DNA from: Phallusia mammillata
Taxonomy: Eukaryota
Reading direction: 5' to 3'
DNA: 64,000 nucleotides
Assembly (NCBI GenBank): GCA_965637545.1
Contig: OZ281497.1
Location: 25,978,001 to 26,042,000, forward strand
The notes below the pieces were generated by a model. That model did no database searches. It worked only from the letters and a program-made list of their open reading frames with translations, and was not told the DNA's origin. A program made the position numbers and the translations under genes. Of the stretch, positions 11,825 through 24,200 are shown piece after piece. Within the stretch, counting starts at the first letter, position 1, and each line of letters begins with the position of its first letter.

Positions 11825-14800
11825 CTACATCTGAACTACTCCTTGCGACTTTGATCGGATAAGATTCTTTCCCGTTTCTGTGAAGTTGTTGTTCCAAAGC
11901 CTCAAACGTTTGATTTTGTGGACACAGAGAGTCAATGATTCGGCACTTGTATTCGTCAGGTTGTTCACAGATAGATTCAGAAACTTCATCTAAATGAAAC
12001 CATAAGGCTATTTTATACAATAAAAGTTACAATTTTGGGGCAACAATCATAAGAGCATGACGACTATTTTCGAAATTACAATTGTGTGCAAATGGTGCGC
12101 TGATGCCTAATTGTTACACAATAAATAACAGGTTTATTTTCACTAACCGCCGTCAAATTACAGTTAGTAGGAGTTTTTTTTCATATTAAGTTATTACATA
12201 GCCTTGTCCATAAAATCAAATTTGATTCTAACTTTGTTTGTAGATTAAACTAAACAATTTGTCGATTACTCCTAAGTGCCTTCAGGACGTCACCATATGT
12301 GTTTATATGCTTCGAGCCAACAAACGCTTAATGTTTGTCTAACCAAATGTCTAGCAAACAAGGGTTATTTAATGCACGGCCGCATAAATCTGTATCAGCG
12401 GCCGTAGGTTGTGTGCCACTGACTCAGTTGATCGGTCAGTGTAAGTTTCTAGTGTTCGTGGTTTCGTCATAAAGATGTCGGTTTCTAGCGTTCTTGGTTT
12501 CGTTATGAAACGTCGGGTTATTTCTTTTCTTGGGCAATGCGCAACAATATTCCCAAGGCACAGCAAGGTCATTGTGCTTTAAATTTACTTTTAATAAATA
12601 TGTTTATTACCGGCTTCCCTAACTTTTCAGCATGATGGCAAAGTTCACCAGCACCGTCATCTCTGATCTGACATCCCCGTAGGTCAAGCTCTTCAATGTT
12701 TCGAAGGCAACGAGCCAAAAAAGTTGCACCCATTTTGCCGAACTTGTTGTGAGAGAGGTCGAGTTTCTTCATCTAATTATAAAGCAACGAATATTATATT
12801 ACTAAACTTTGTGACATGTGACATTGAATTTTATGACACTGTTTGACAAGAGGAAATCCTCAGTTTGTGGTCACCATCTACATGGTGTCAACTGACACTT
12901 TCAATGTGTAATAATGATTATAATGGTTGTGTTTTTGAAGTCAGATCAAACACTACCTCCGGTTTTTGACATTGGTCTCACTGATGACTGATAGGAGTAT
13001 GTTCAGAGTTTATCAACGTTGCAGTTTTCATTTCGTATTTACCGGTTTTGTTCGCATTCCGACTTGATCGCAGAGTTTCTCGACGCCTTCACTTCCGATG
13101 TTGCATTCCTTTAGTTTCAGCTTCTCCATGTTGGCAATGCAACATGCCAAGGAAGCCATTCCAGAAGTGCCGATTACGTTGTGGGAGAGGTCGAGTCTTT
13201 TGAGCTGATTTTAATGTAAAATAAAACAGCCATTTTAAAGTTTATACCCTTTCCGTGAATGTGTATTTTTTTTTTTGGATTGTAACATTTCCTCACACAT
13301 TTGTTGTTCAATTGTGCAAAATCAGACACGATTCATTTGCAAATAAATGAGGAACGTTTTACCGGTTCTGTTAAATCTTTCAACCCATCGCAGAGTTTGA
13401 CAACGCTCTCGCTTCCGATCGCACAATTCACCAGCACTAGCTCTTTTACGAGAAGTTTCCGCCGACATCGATGAAGACATCGACCCAGTGAAGTTGCTTC
13501 CAAGACTCCCACATTGTTTTCGGATAGATCGAGTCTTCTCAGCTAAAAGGCAAACAAACAGGATAACTAACAATATGCAAGCTAGATGGCGCCCGATAGA
13601 CATGCAAATGATTTAACACAACTACATCTTGACACTTGTTACCAAAGGCTGGTGTAAAATCCCTATGTACCTTACGTCTTAGATTTTACTTGGTTTACTT
13701 TACAGCATTTCTTGAAAGTAAAGACAGACTTTCAGCATGTTAGTGTAGTTAACATGTTTAATCCATGCTCACAGGCTTGTGTTGTGCCAATATACTGTTA
13801 TACAACTGCTGTAATACCGGTGTTGCTCGGTGCTGAAGGACGAAGAAAAGGTTTTCGATGTCAACTGGGAGTAGAGATGAATCACGAAGGTCGAGCTCAT
13901 CAGGAAGAAGAGAAGCAACACACGAAGCAATTTTGGGATCATTTGACTCATGAGCCCAGCTGCAAACACGCCAGGTATCTTGTTTGCTGTGATTTAAAAG
14001 AGACCTGATAAAGTTCAAAAGGATGGATTTCTTTTGCTTCCAAACCTCACTGGAACTTTCGGGGACAAGAGGTTCGAGTTGATGGAAAACCGAAGGATCG
14101 CAAAACCCGAAAACAAACTTGGAAACAACTTCCCATCTGTCGTCTAGAAGCTGCTTGAGGATTTTCTTAAACTCGTCAAGGGATATGATCATCATCAGGT
14201 AGAAAGCAGTGAAAAACTCCTCCCAGATGTTGTGAGAGAAAAAACTAACTTTGTGTTCGTCTTGTATCACCAGCTTAAAATTTGCGTGCTTTGTGACAGA
14301 GGTGTCGGTAAACGCACTCGCTGTGGAATTCTTGACACATGCCTTTTTAAATGTTTTTTCTTTAATTAGCATCTCCATGTTTTGAAAGGCCACCCAGGCT
14401 ATTCCTGCCATTTTGCCCAACTCGCAATCTTGGCCCTTCAGATGTGGTGTTGTTACGTATTGACTACAAGTAAAAGCAAGAACTCGTGTGATTGAAACAA
14501 ACTGAATATCTCCATCGTAATTCATCAGGTAGTTAAGTGTCAATATGAAATTGACAGGAACATAGCAGTATGCAAAACCGTTGCTGTTTTGGACCAGCTT
14601 ATGTTGTATGAGGTCGTATCTGTCACCACATATCTGACGTCCGAGTTTATTTTGTGATGTTGGAGTCAACCCCTGTATTTGAACTATAAAAGTAGGTCGG
14701 TGCCATGGATGAAGCTTATATAGTTGAGCTGGCCGTGATGTGAAAATCTTTCGAGCACGTGGCAGCAAGTTTCCTCCTGCTAAATGCTTCAAGTAGTTTT

Positions 14801-16039
14801 CCGCCTTTGACTTCGAATGTAGAAAAGGTGGTGGTACATGAGTAGAAAACGATTTAAATGTTGCCTCGTCTAAACCGTCAAAAATCATCACAACATTCGG
14901 GTCACTGCGAATGGCGTTGAGAATTTCTGATTCCTTTCCAGCAAACGTGCACTTTATCGACATGCTGGAGAGAAGAAACTCAATAAGTGTCATCTCTTTT
15001 GTGAAGTCAATGCGCCTGATTACAATGTAGAATAATAAAGATGTTTCTTCGAGCATTTCTCTCCCTAAAATTTGCTTGGCCCACTTTTTGGCTGAGGTCG
15101 TCTTTCCTATGCCAGCTTGACCCACCACAGCTACCACGTTTCCATGTTTTTCAACGTAATCGTGTATAGCTTTTCTATCGACTCGTGTATAGTTTTTCTT
15201 TGCTTCGTGCTGGGCCGTTTTCTTCGCACGAGCGAACATTTTTTCACAGGTAATTTCTGCACCTGTGCAAACCTCCTGTTCATCAGGATAGTGTCCGACT
15301 TCTTGAAAATCGTCGTCAATTCGCTGGGGCTCGAGCGCTATGGAAAGGTTGACGGTCGGAATGGATCGATCGGAAAACTTAGCTAGTGTGGATTCTTCGC
15401 TGACGATGGCCTTCACTCTTATCTGGAGCATCGCCTTTAATTCTGTTACAGGATCGCCAAGTTGTTGATTTGAATGAAACCTGCAGAACGTGCAAAAATG
15501 GTTAAACTTGCTTGCTGCTTAAACTACATGCAGACCTTTCACAACTACCTTTTGTTCCTACCGTACCAAACCCAACCCAAAATGGTTGAAAATACGGATG
15601 TAAAAGACTTGCTTTGATCAAGACTTGGTTCGATGTCTAGCTGCTTTGAGCTGGAAGGGTTGTGTTCAGAAAACTTTGGCAGATGTGCAGGCAAGGAAGA
15701 TGTAGATGTAGAAGGGGAATGGGATGTAGGCCCTTTATCACGTAAGGAATCCAACGGCGACAAGTGAGCTAGCTCATTTGTTTGCTCCGTTGTTATGTAT
15801 GGGTTTATGATATTGTAAACTGGACCGTTGTATACTGGTCCCGATGTGTGAATGTTTATGTCTCCCAAAATGAGTGTGTTGGTTTTCTGAACATACACTT
15901 GGTTTATTATTCTTAAAAGTAAACGGAATAAACCGGCTCTTACCACGTTTAAAACAGAACTTTCGCCCTTTGCGTCCGACGGCAACGGTTGTTTTGAAGG
16001 TCTTTGGGTGGGACTGGGTGGTTTAACAGTGTTACTCAT
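11825..16039 (-). CDS. NLR-A: NACHT-LRR protein, complete (6 coding exons, 940 aa)
   Basis: Exons 15549-16039, 13818-15480, 13363-13542, 13043-13204, 12611-12772 and 11825-11989 total 2823 nt, are all GT-AG and in phase, and end in TAG. Walker A GQAGIGKTT, Walker B VMIFDGLDE, sensor FTSRP, winged-helix FSHNIWEEFFTA; RI-like LRRs LxxLDLSxNxIG. Confidence 0.92.
13818..15480 (-). CDS. NACHT-domain exon of NLR-A
   Basis: Lies in the frame of ORF 13758-15431. Acceptor ctgcag at 15481; donor ACACCG|gtatta at the same position as in NLR-C. Confidence 0.93.
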
Positions 16040-17610
16040 TATGCAGTTTAGCCAGAATTAAAGTCCTAAGACCTTACGTTGGCTATACAACATGTATGCA
16101 ACGGGAAGCATTTTAAGTAAAGCAACAAAAACTCATGTACTGCGGTTTCCCAATCGCATCTTCTATGACAGATCAATAAAACATCGACCACCTGACCTTG
16201 ATGGATAAAACTTCAGCTGGGTCACCTTTTTGACACAGACAAAAACTCACCAAAAGAAAATCGACAAAGGTTTTTAGTTTAATACAATTCCGTCAATGCA
16301 ACGTCTTTGTTGTATTAATTTGTATTATGATGTGATACCACTTGTGAGGCCGCTGGATTACGGACGCCAGATTATACAATACACATCAGCTGGTCTCATT
16401 GATTCCCAAACTTTTCAGCCCATTGACTCATTGTATCACGTTGCATACTTTTATTTCTGAAAGCGTTGGTCACAAAGACCGATTGTTTGACGTGATACAA
16501 AAACTTTCCAATGACAATTCTACCACGTTTAGGGTTTGGGTGGCGTTTTAAGAACAATTGACGATATCAAAACAAATTTAACAGGGACTTTAGGTAAATG
16601 TTGTGACTGATTTCCGACAACAACTGTGTGAATGCAAGTATCGGAACACACCAACAACAAAAAATGTTGTTTTACGACGAGTTAAGCCATCACTGGTATT
16701 GACCTCAAAAATTGTTGTACGACTGTTTAAGAAATAAGTGCGTGACGTCATGATGAAAAAATCCAAAACACTATTTACTCTTCGAAAACCACAAGGGATG
16801 CAATGTACAACGCTCTAACTTATCAAAGAAGTATCTATTTTTTTGTCAGCAAAAAGGGGATTTTGCCTACGCACTGGTACCATGAGCTTTTACGCAGTCT
16901 ATACTCTTGACATTCACAGTAAACTAAATACCAACTCTACTTTGTCATTTGAAACAAATACAACATAAAAAATCGTTCTGATTACCACAAGTGCTTTGGT
17001 CACAACCCAACTTCAAACGATCTACGGTATCTATTCACAAAGCATCACAAGTGCATTCTTTCAGGCATTTGTACACGCTGACTGGTCGAAAAGCTTCCCA
17101 AAAGCTATTGGATGGACAAATAAAGCGTGTCCACTGAATGGGCTTCAATCTTAAACAAAATATAAAACTGTACTGAAGTGAGGTAACATGACACTTAGTT
17201 ATCTCGCTTAAACTTCCATTCAGCTCATCGCCCCTGCCAATCATTCTAATACACACATAACAAGCGAAAATGATTTTTACGTTTTTAAAGGTTTTCGAGA
17301 CATCCGATTGATCTGAATTTCATACTTCGCATACATTATGCAAGTCCATGTTTCTAATAGCATATTATGTCATGAAATACTTCTGTTGCTCACGAGCGCC
17401 ACCTTGCAGTAATGGAGACTTATATTTTGCTTTCTTAATTAGGGTATAAAAGTCAGAACAACATGACGTTTCGTGCTGTTAAAGCAAAACGTTTTCATTT
17501 TACCACTAGTTAAATCATTTGCGATTTACATAATAAAGAGGTTTTATTGTCCAATTCGGACTTCTCATACATCATAACAATCATTAAAAAAATATATGTA
17601 AGTTATATAC

Positions 17611-17631
17611 ATATATATATATATATATATA
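17611..17631. repeat. (AT)n microsatellite
   Basis: Ten AT units. Confidence 0.9.
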
Positions 17632-18793
17632 ATGTGGTAAATTACGTTTGTCGCAGACGAGCGCAGTAGTAAAGTCTCAAATTTTGCTTCCTTAAAAAGA
17701 GTATAACAACCAGAGTAATACGACGAGTTTTGACTTACTTTATAAATGTGCATGTTTGTTTTAAAAGTGGTCCTGTCTCAGTCACAATAAAAGCATATCT
17801 CCATGTAAACAACATATTTCATTGCTTTGGTTTTAGAAAAATCAGCTGTTTCTTAGCACACACAAGTTAGTTGAATAAAGCAGTAAATATATCTGATTGT
17901 AATTCTTATGCACAGTGCCTAAAAAGAATAATTATCAGTGTCATCTGTCACAAATGTTTGATTAACTTTTTGTGAATCTTGTCCATGACTAAAAACAGTT
18001 TGGATTGAAATATAACATTTATGCCAAATACAAACCCAGTGCACAACAATCCAGTCTTTTTACCTAAAAATAATGAAAACAAATTCATATTATTATGCTA
18101 ACACACAAGGATAACAAAAATACCACATTATGTGGACAAAGCATATAAGTGGACAGAAAAACTGTACACAGCACACAAAATAAATTCTTCCCAATGTATA
18201 ATGTACTATTTCACTGATTTTTAATGCAGAGTAATTTTAACAAAGTCTTTTATAAAAGCACCAAACCAATCAATCACAGTACTGTATTAACAAAATTTCA
18301 GACAAACAATGTTTTTGCATGTTTGAATAAACCTACAAACCAAATTGCTATTGGCAGTTTTAGAAGGCAGTTTTACATACAAATATAAATACAGATATGT
18401 AAACGGAAAAAAACCTAAAAAATACAACCACTTATACCATCTATTCATTGCTCAACACCCCTTTGGTTCTGAAAGTCAAATGGAAGTGAGGAGACAAATC
18501 CAATAAAATGACCATTGCTGTCAACAAACAGGTTTTGTTTTTTAGACTTATTAAGTGGTGCTACAACAAAAGAGATCTGTTTGATTGTTTGTTGCGAATA
18601 TCAAACTGCGTGTACTGGACAATGAAGTTCGTGAAGAGCAACTTTCGTTTTGTGAGAAATTGACGGGAAATTTATGCCACACGTTGACCTTGTTTGCGTA
18701 ATTGTGCTTGCATATTGTTACATCATTAAATCCATACCATGAGAAAAGAAACGTCGTATAATAGTTTTTTTTTTTTTAAAGTAAAACAGTTTG

Positions 18794-18843
18794 AGCTGCA
18801 GGCAGTGCACACTGTTTCGACCTAAAGTCTCATTAGTGCAGCT
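18794..18843 (-). ncRNA. Degenerate type I hammerhead ribozyme motif
   Basis: Minus strand reads agctgca-CTAATGA-gac-tttag-gtc-GAAA-cagtg-tg-cactg-CC-tgcagct. All three stems pair; the core has CUGAUGA changed to CUAAUGA and the cleavage-site UC changed to CC. Confidence 0.6.
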
Positions 18844-18967
18844 GATAATAAGACATAGGTCGTCCGTATTGGCTAGTGTGCTAGCCATCCAACGGCACTC
18901 CAGTTAAACATTTTATTTTTAACCTACTAAAGCTGGTGGCTGTAGGCAACTTTTTAAAATCGCCGAT

Positions 18968-18979
18968 GGGAAAATCCCC
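18968..18979 (-). promoter_or_regulatory. NF-kB consensus site upstream of NLR-A
   Basis: GGGGATTTTCCC on the minus strand; the paralogous position at 36506-36517 is also a perfect kappaB site. Confidence 0.5.
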
Positions 18980-19133
18980 ATCGTAATTATTTTCACAACA
19001 ACTAAACAAATTTGTTTGGTTCAGAAACATTAATTAATATGATTCAAGTTTTTATTTTGGTTGATACTAATTGTTTATCGTACGTGTTTACAACCAGTAC
19101 CACATTTCAAGTTTGTAGAGCTCTTCTGGCAAA

Positions 19134-19642
19134 CGAATGATTAGGCCTCAAAGTCTTATCAACATTTGCCAACCCACCAAGATCCTGGCGGCGATATGTT
19201 GACGACATTTTTTGTGTCATTGCTAAGAACAAGGTTGAGGCATTTCTACGGAATCTCAACGAGCCGCAGCCAAGCATTCGGTTTACCATGGAACTCCAGT
19301 CGGTAAACTGTCTTCCATTTTTAGTCACAAGAACCAATGACGGTGTCTTGTACTCGAGAGTGTACCACAAGCCAACGAGTCCCGGCAGGTATCTCAATTT
19401 TCGATCTCATCACATCACATACCAGAAAAGGGGTGGGGTTCGTTCCTTGAAAGATCAGGCACGACGCTTGTGCACTCATAGCGATGCGGAACTGGCAGAG
19501 CTTCGCAAAGCCTTGAAATTTAACGGCTAACTGGATTCTTCATGATCGACGGGCAACTTGTCCCAAACAGGTGACCCATCCTAAAACAGAGGGTTTTGTG
19601 ACACTTCCGTACATGCCGAAACTGACGGATATTCTACGGCGC
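19134..19642 (+). mobile_element. Penelope-like retroelement fragment (RT C-terminal part)
   Basis: Encodes PKIxxRYVDDIFCVI...FTMELQSVNCLPF...VYHKPTSPGRYLNFRSHH; near-identical to the reverse complement of 40.6-41.1 kb. Confidence 0.9.
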
Positions 19643-20889
19643 TTTTTTCTTGCACCTAATGACATAAACTAAAATCCGACTCTTTTTAAAAAATGCTGCA
19701 CCACCAATGCTTCTACAGAAGCAACCCAAAGCTCTTTAATCGTACAACTTGTACGAGTACGGTACAAGCGATTTCTGTTAAATCGTATCGGTGCGTGATA
19801 TACCTGGCCCTAGTAACCGACTGTACATCACGAAACTACTTGGGGCCACTTTTACTTTTGGTTAAGATCATCTAACGAGTTTGCAGCTGTAGGTGTGGTC
19901 AAACAAAACTTGCAAAAGTAATTTATTGTAAAGTGAGTGATCGGATAGAATAGATTGTAACTTAGATTGGGCAACCAAATTAAGGCACATTTATTAATTA
20001 AATCAAGCCGGATGACAAACAAACAACCACTTTCAACCACCCTAAATGGAAAAGTCTATTAAATATTGCAATAATGCGGTTGGCACGTGTTGGCACCAAG
20101 TCAGAAACGAGAAGTTGGGGTGGTGGCGATCGAGAGTAGATTATCATGAGATCCACACAAATACTACAGAGAATCAGGCCAAAAGCGGCGACAATGGCGA
20201 TCGGTTTGTGTTCAAAATAAACATGGACTTGGGAAACACATACAGTGTGTGTTTGAACAGTCAAAAAAAGCAAAATCCCAACGAAAATATCCAAGATTTA
20301 AAGTTTAAACCACGTAGTCATTTATAATTTTCAGTTAAACTTGACAAATAAAATCAGAAAACAGGAAACCGAACATGAATCTGAACCCATAAACTAAATC
20401 TTATCGTTTCGCCTGATATTATATTCACGATACGAGGCGCTGACAATGAAAAGTAACAAATGCACAGAAAAGTACAAGAATTAAATACAATTTAAAAAAC
20501 ACAGTAACGTATTTAGTAAAACTTTGAAACAAAACAGATTTACAGCCTTTCAGTTTTCAACAAGTGACAGTATCAAAAGCATACAAGCACAGAAAAATAG
20601 GCTATTTACATGATTTAACTAAGGTTTACATTCAAAGGTTTGATTCAAAAATACAAGTTACAATAATGAATACGTCACAACAAATCGTCAGAATGTGCGG
20701 AAATAAAAAATAAATATTAAATTGGTCAGACTAAGTAGGAACTCGAATAAAGATTGGCATTTTAACGAATATATGCAATAAAAATAGGAAAATGAGTTTA
20801 CTTCAAAGCCAACATACTGACCAATATTGTCACCAGTGGTGGCGCTAGATTGTGGTACTGAAACAGTGTGTGAAAGTGTAAGGCCTACA

Positions 20890-21019
20890 GGGCAGGAACT
20901 TGGCCGAATGGTCTGGCGCGCCTGACCCACATACAGACATAAAAAAAAACCTTAATCGGGATTCGTCCCCGGGAGTGTCCTGGGTTCGAACCCCGTGAAA
21001 AAAAAAAAAAAAAAAAAAA
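20890..21019 (+). mobile_element. tRNA(Leu-like)-derived SINE with poly(A) tail and TSD
   Basis: A-box TGGCCGAATGG, B-box GGTTCGAACCC, ~23-nt A tail, 10-bp TSD aaggcctaca (20880-20889 / 21020-21029). The insertion is absent from the paralogous site near 39260. Confidence 0.85.
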
Positions 21020-21249
21020 AAGGCCTACAAGAGCGAGAGTGCCACAACAAAGCAATATGGACGGATATACTAAGACACCAAAGTAAAAACTGTTTTGTAA
21101 CTAACATGAAAACATGATTTATAAGAACGTTTAGCATGGTGTCCTGCATGCACGTCACCCCTATATTTTAGGCACAAGAATCAGAGTTGTTAATCAACGC
21201 AACATTCAAAAGTTTTGTTTGGATTTGTTCATAGTAAAAACTTTTTATT

Positions 21250-24200
21250 TCAGAGTTTGAACACAACTTCTCCTTGCGACTTTGATTTGATGAGATTCTT
21301 CCCTGCTTCTGTGAAGTTGTTTCCCCAAACCCACAAATCGCTGATGTTGTGAACACATCGAGCCAATGACTTTGCACTTTCATCTGTCAGGTTGTTCCGA
21401 GACAAATCAAGATATTCCATCTGAACAAAAGAGTGCTAAGTGAATTCGATCAGCATCATGGATGTATTTTTACGGAAATCAATTAAAAATTTATGATGTC
21501 ATTTTATTACGTAATAGTACGTAAACAGCATGATGGCAGGACATCAAAATAAAAAAAAATACACAAATATATTTTATTTGACATTACTAAGCAAGGTAAT
21601 ATTCCGAAGAATACAATGGTACATCGTTTCAAACATAATATTTTCCAGTTGTTTATTGTTAACATCACCAAATTCAGCAGCGCATTATCTTATAACTGTT
21701 GTGTTTTGCCTTTAGTTTTATTAACCTTCTTGGCTGTTTTGCTCACGCTTATATCGTGTCTGACACTAGGGGAGCCATAAATACGTCTGTGAAGCGTTTT
21801 TCGTAGGTCGGATTTAAGCTTCAGGTTTTACATTGACCACATTGAGCTGAGATTGTTTTATTCTAACACAATGTGTCAAACGATGTGGAAAAATATTTGA
21901 GTGACATAAACATTGCATTCTCGGTTATTTATTTCGCGATATGTCAGACATTTCATTTTGCCATGTTGTGACTTACTGCACAGTGTTAAATAATTTATTA
22001 AATTCGCTGAACCCTGAAGAGAAGTAAGCACAATGTCTCTTTGTAAAATGTACTGTAATAAAATCTACTAAACACCAGAACAGGCAATAAACAAGATGTT
22101 CATTTGTTAAATAAAATGACTTGCATCCCGCTTGGAATTTAATAGAGCCTGAAGTCATATGTCACGACTCTTGAGCATTGGCGAAATACATCTGACGACC
22201 TGGGGTCATCAGTGAGGTTGCTATTGCAGTTTTGCTATGTTTAAGTCGCTTAACGTGTTATTTTTTAGGTTGTTCGTTTGATGCATGCGTGTTGACCCAA
22301 TCGGACGATGTATGGGAAAAACTTTTTACTGGTATGGGCTGACTAAAGCTATTAAACACAAACTCATATAACGCGATTTAGATGTGAAACGAAAAGAACA
22401 AATAGCTATGTGACTGCTTGATTTGTGATGTTTATTCATCATCTGGAAAGACAAACGTGATCTGTTATGGTATGATATAACATTTGTTGGCAGTGCCGAC
22501 AAACATAATCGGAGAGAGACAAAATCTACTGCTGACACTGATTAAAGGCCATTTAAAGACATACTTTGCTAAACAGTTTTATGCTGTTGTTATCAGCGAC
22601 AAAATGTAACAAATTTTTTTTATCGTCAACACTTAATGCGTATCCTGTATGGAATCAGGTTATTTGGACCACGTAATCATGCAAAACGTTTCAGACTGTT
22701 CACGCGCATACACAAAATTACTTACAGGTTTTTCCAGTTGCAGTACAGAATCACAGAGTTGTCTCACTCCTTCACTTCCGATGTCACATCCCCTCAGCAC
22801 AAGCAAGTCGATTTTGTGAAGACAACGAGCCAATAAAGTTACAGGCAGATCACCGATTTTGTTGTCGGAAAGGATTAGGCTCTTTTGCTGATGTTAAAAC
22901 AAAATAACACATGTCAATTCGTAACAAAACAAAATAAACAAAGGATTATGTTCCTGTATGTGCAGTGCTTATAAGATTTGCGTGAAATATGAGCCAAGCA
23001 TTGGCTTACAAAGTATTTATCGCTTGCACAAAATCAGTTTACAATTTACAAAAAATTATACAGTAGGGCCCTTTGTTGAACGGGTCCTTTGTACAGTGAT
23101 ACCAGGAACGATTTAATTGCCAACTCCTGGTTTAATTCCGTTTAACACTTTCTCTCTAAGAATAATGCTCGATTAAAAAAAGATCTATCCATTTCCTATT
23201 TTTTGGACACAAAGAAGAGATTTTAATGAAATTACTGATACGTAAGGGCAGATCAATAAAAAGTGTTACAGAGGCTTTAAGTCTTTTTTAGTTGGTAGGT
23301 AAAACAACTCAAGGGTACTACATGACATTTGGTAGTAACTTATGTGTTACAGTGTAAAATAAAGTGAAATCCTTCAATGAGGAAGTTAAGTTGTGTAGCG
23401 GTTTGCATAGGTTATTTTTGGACAAGTTGCGGCTGCAGAGTAATAGTTGATTAGTTTATAAATATACTAAATACTACAACAGGCAATAAACAAGATGTTC
23501 ATTTGTTAATGAATTGCATTCCGCTAGGAATTTAATGCATCCTGAAGTAATATGGTATGACGCTTTTGCAGTGGCTAAATACATTCAACGACCTGGCGTA
23601 TCTGTGAGGATACTAATACGATTTTGATATTTTAAGTCGCTTAGTACGTAATTTTTGAGTTGTTCGTTTGAAATTTGCGAATTGACCCAATGTGACGATG
23701 TGTGGTGAAAACTTTTTGTTGTCATGGGTAGACTACAGCTGCTTAACACATAATCATGCAGATCAAAGTCTCTTGCCTGGAAGCATAACGGGGTTTAGAT
23801 GTGAAACGAAAGAAACAAATAGTTAAGTGACTGCTTGATTTGTGAGGTTTATCAGTCATCGGGAAAGACTAACGCGATCTCTTATGGTACGTATGACTTA
23901 ATATGTTTTACAGTGCCAAAAAAAAAAAAAATCCGTAAGAGTCAAAATCTACTGCTGACACTGATTAAGGCAATTTTAGAAACAATCTATGCAGAAGGGT
24001 TAATTGGTGTTGTTACCAGCAACAAAATGTGCTGATTATTTCGAATTGTAACAAACCTTTTATGCGTTAACACCTAATGCGTATTCTGTATCTCAGTGGT
24101 CGGCAACCGCCGGTCCGCGGCCCGGTACCGGTCTGCGACAAGTTTGTTACCGGGCCGTATACTTTTTCAGCTTTAGTGCTTTAAAACATTTTGCCTAGGT

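Noticed and set aside
13758-13817. ORF-track C-terminal tails of the NACHT ORFs (also 55188-55244)
   Set aside because: Intronic read-through past a CCG|gtatta donor conserved in both paralogs.
17394-17412. CTCF-like motifs (also near 20830, 30048 and 34915)
   Set aside because: Imperfect spacing relative to the consensus; cannot be supported by eye.
20890-20997. Functional tRNA-Leu gene
   Set aside because: No anticodon arm or 3' acceptor stem; the poly(A) tail and TSD indicate a retroposed element.
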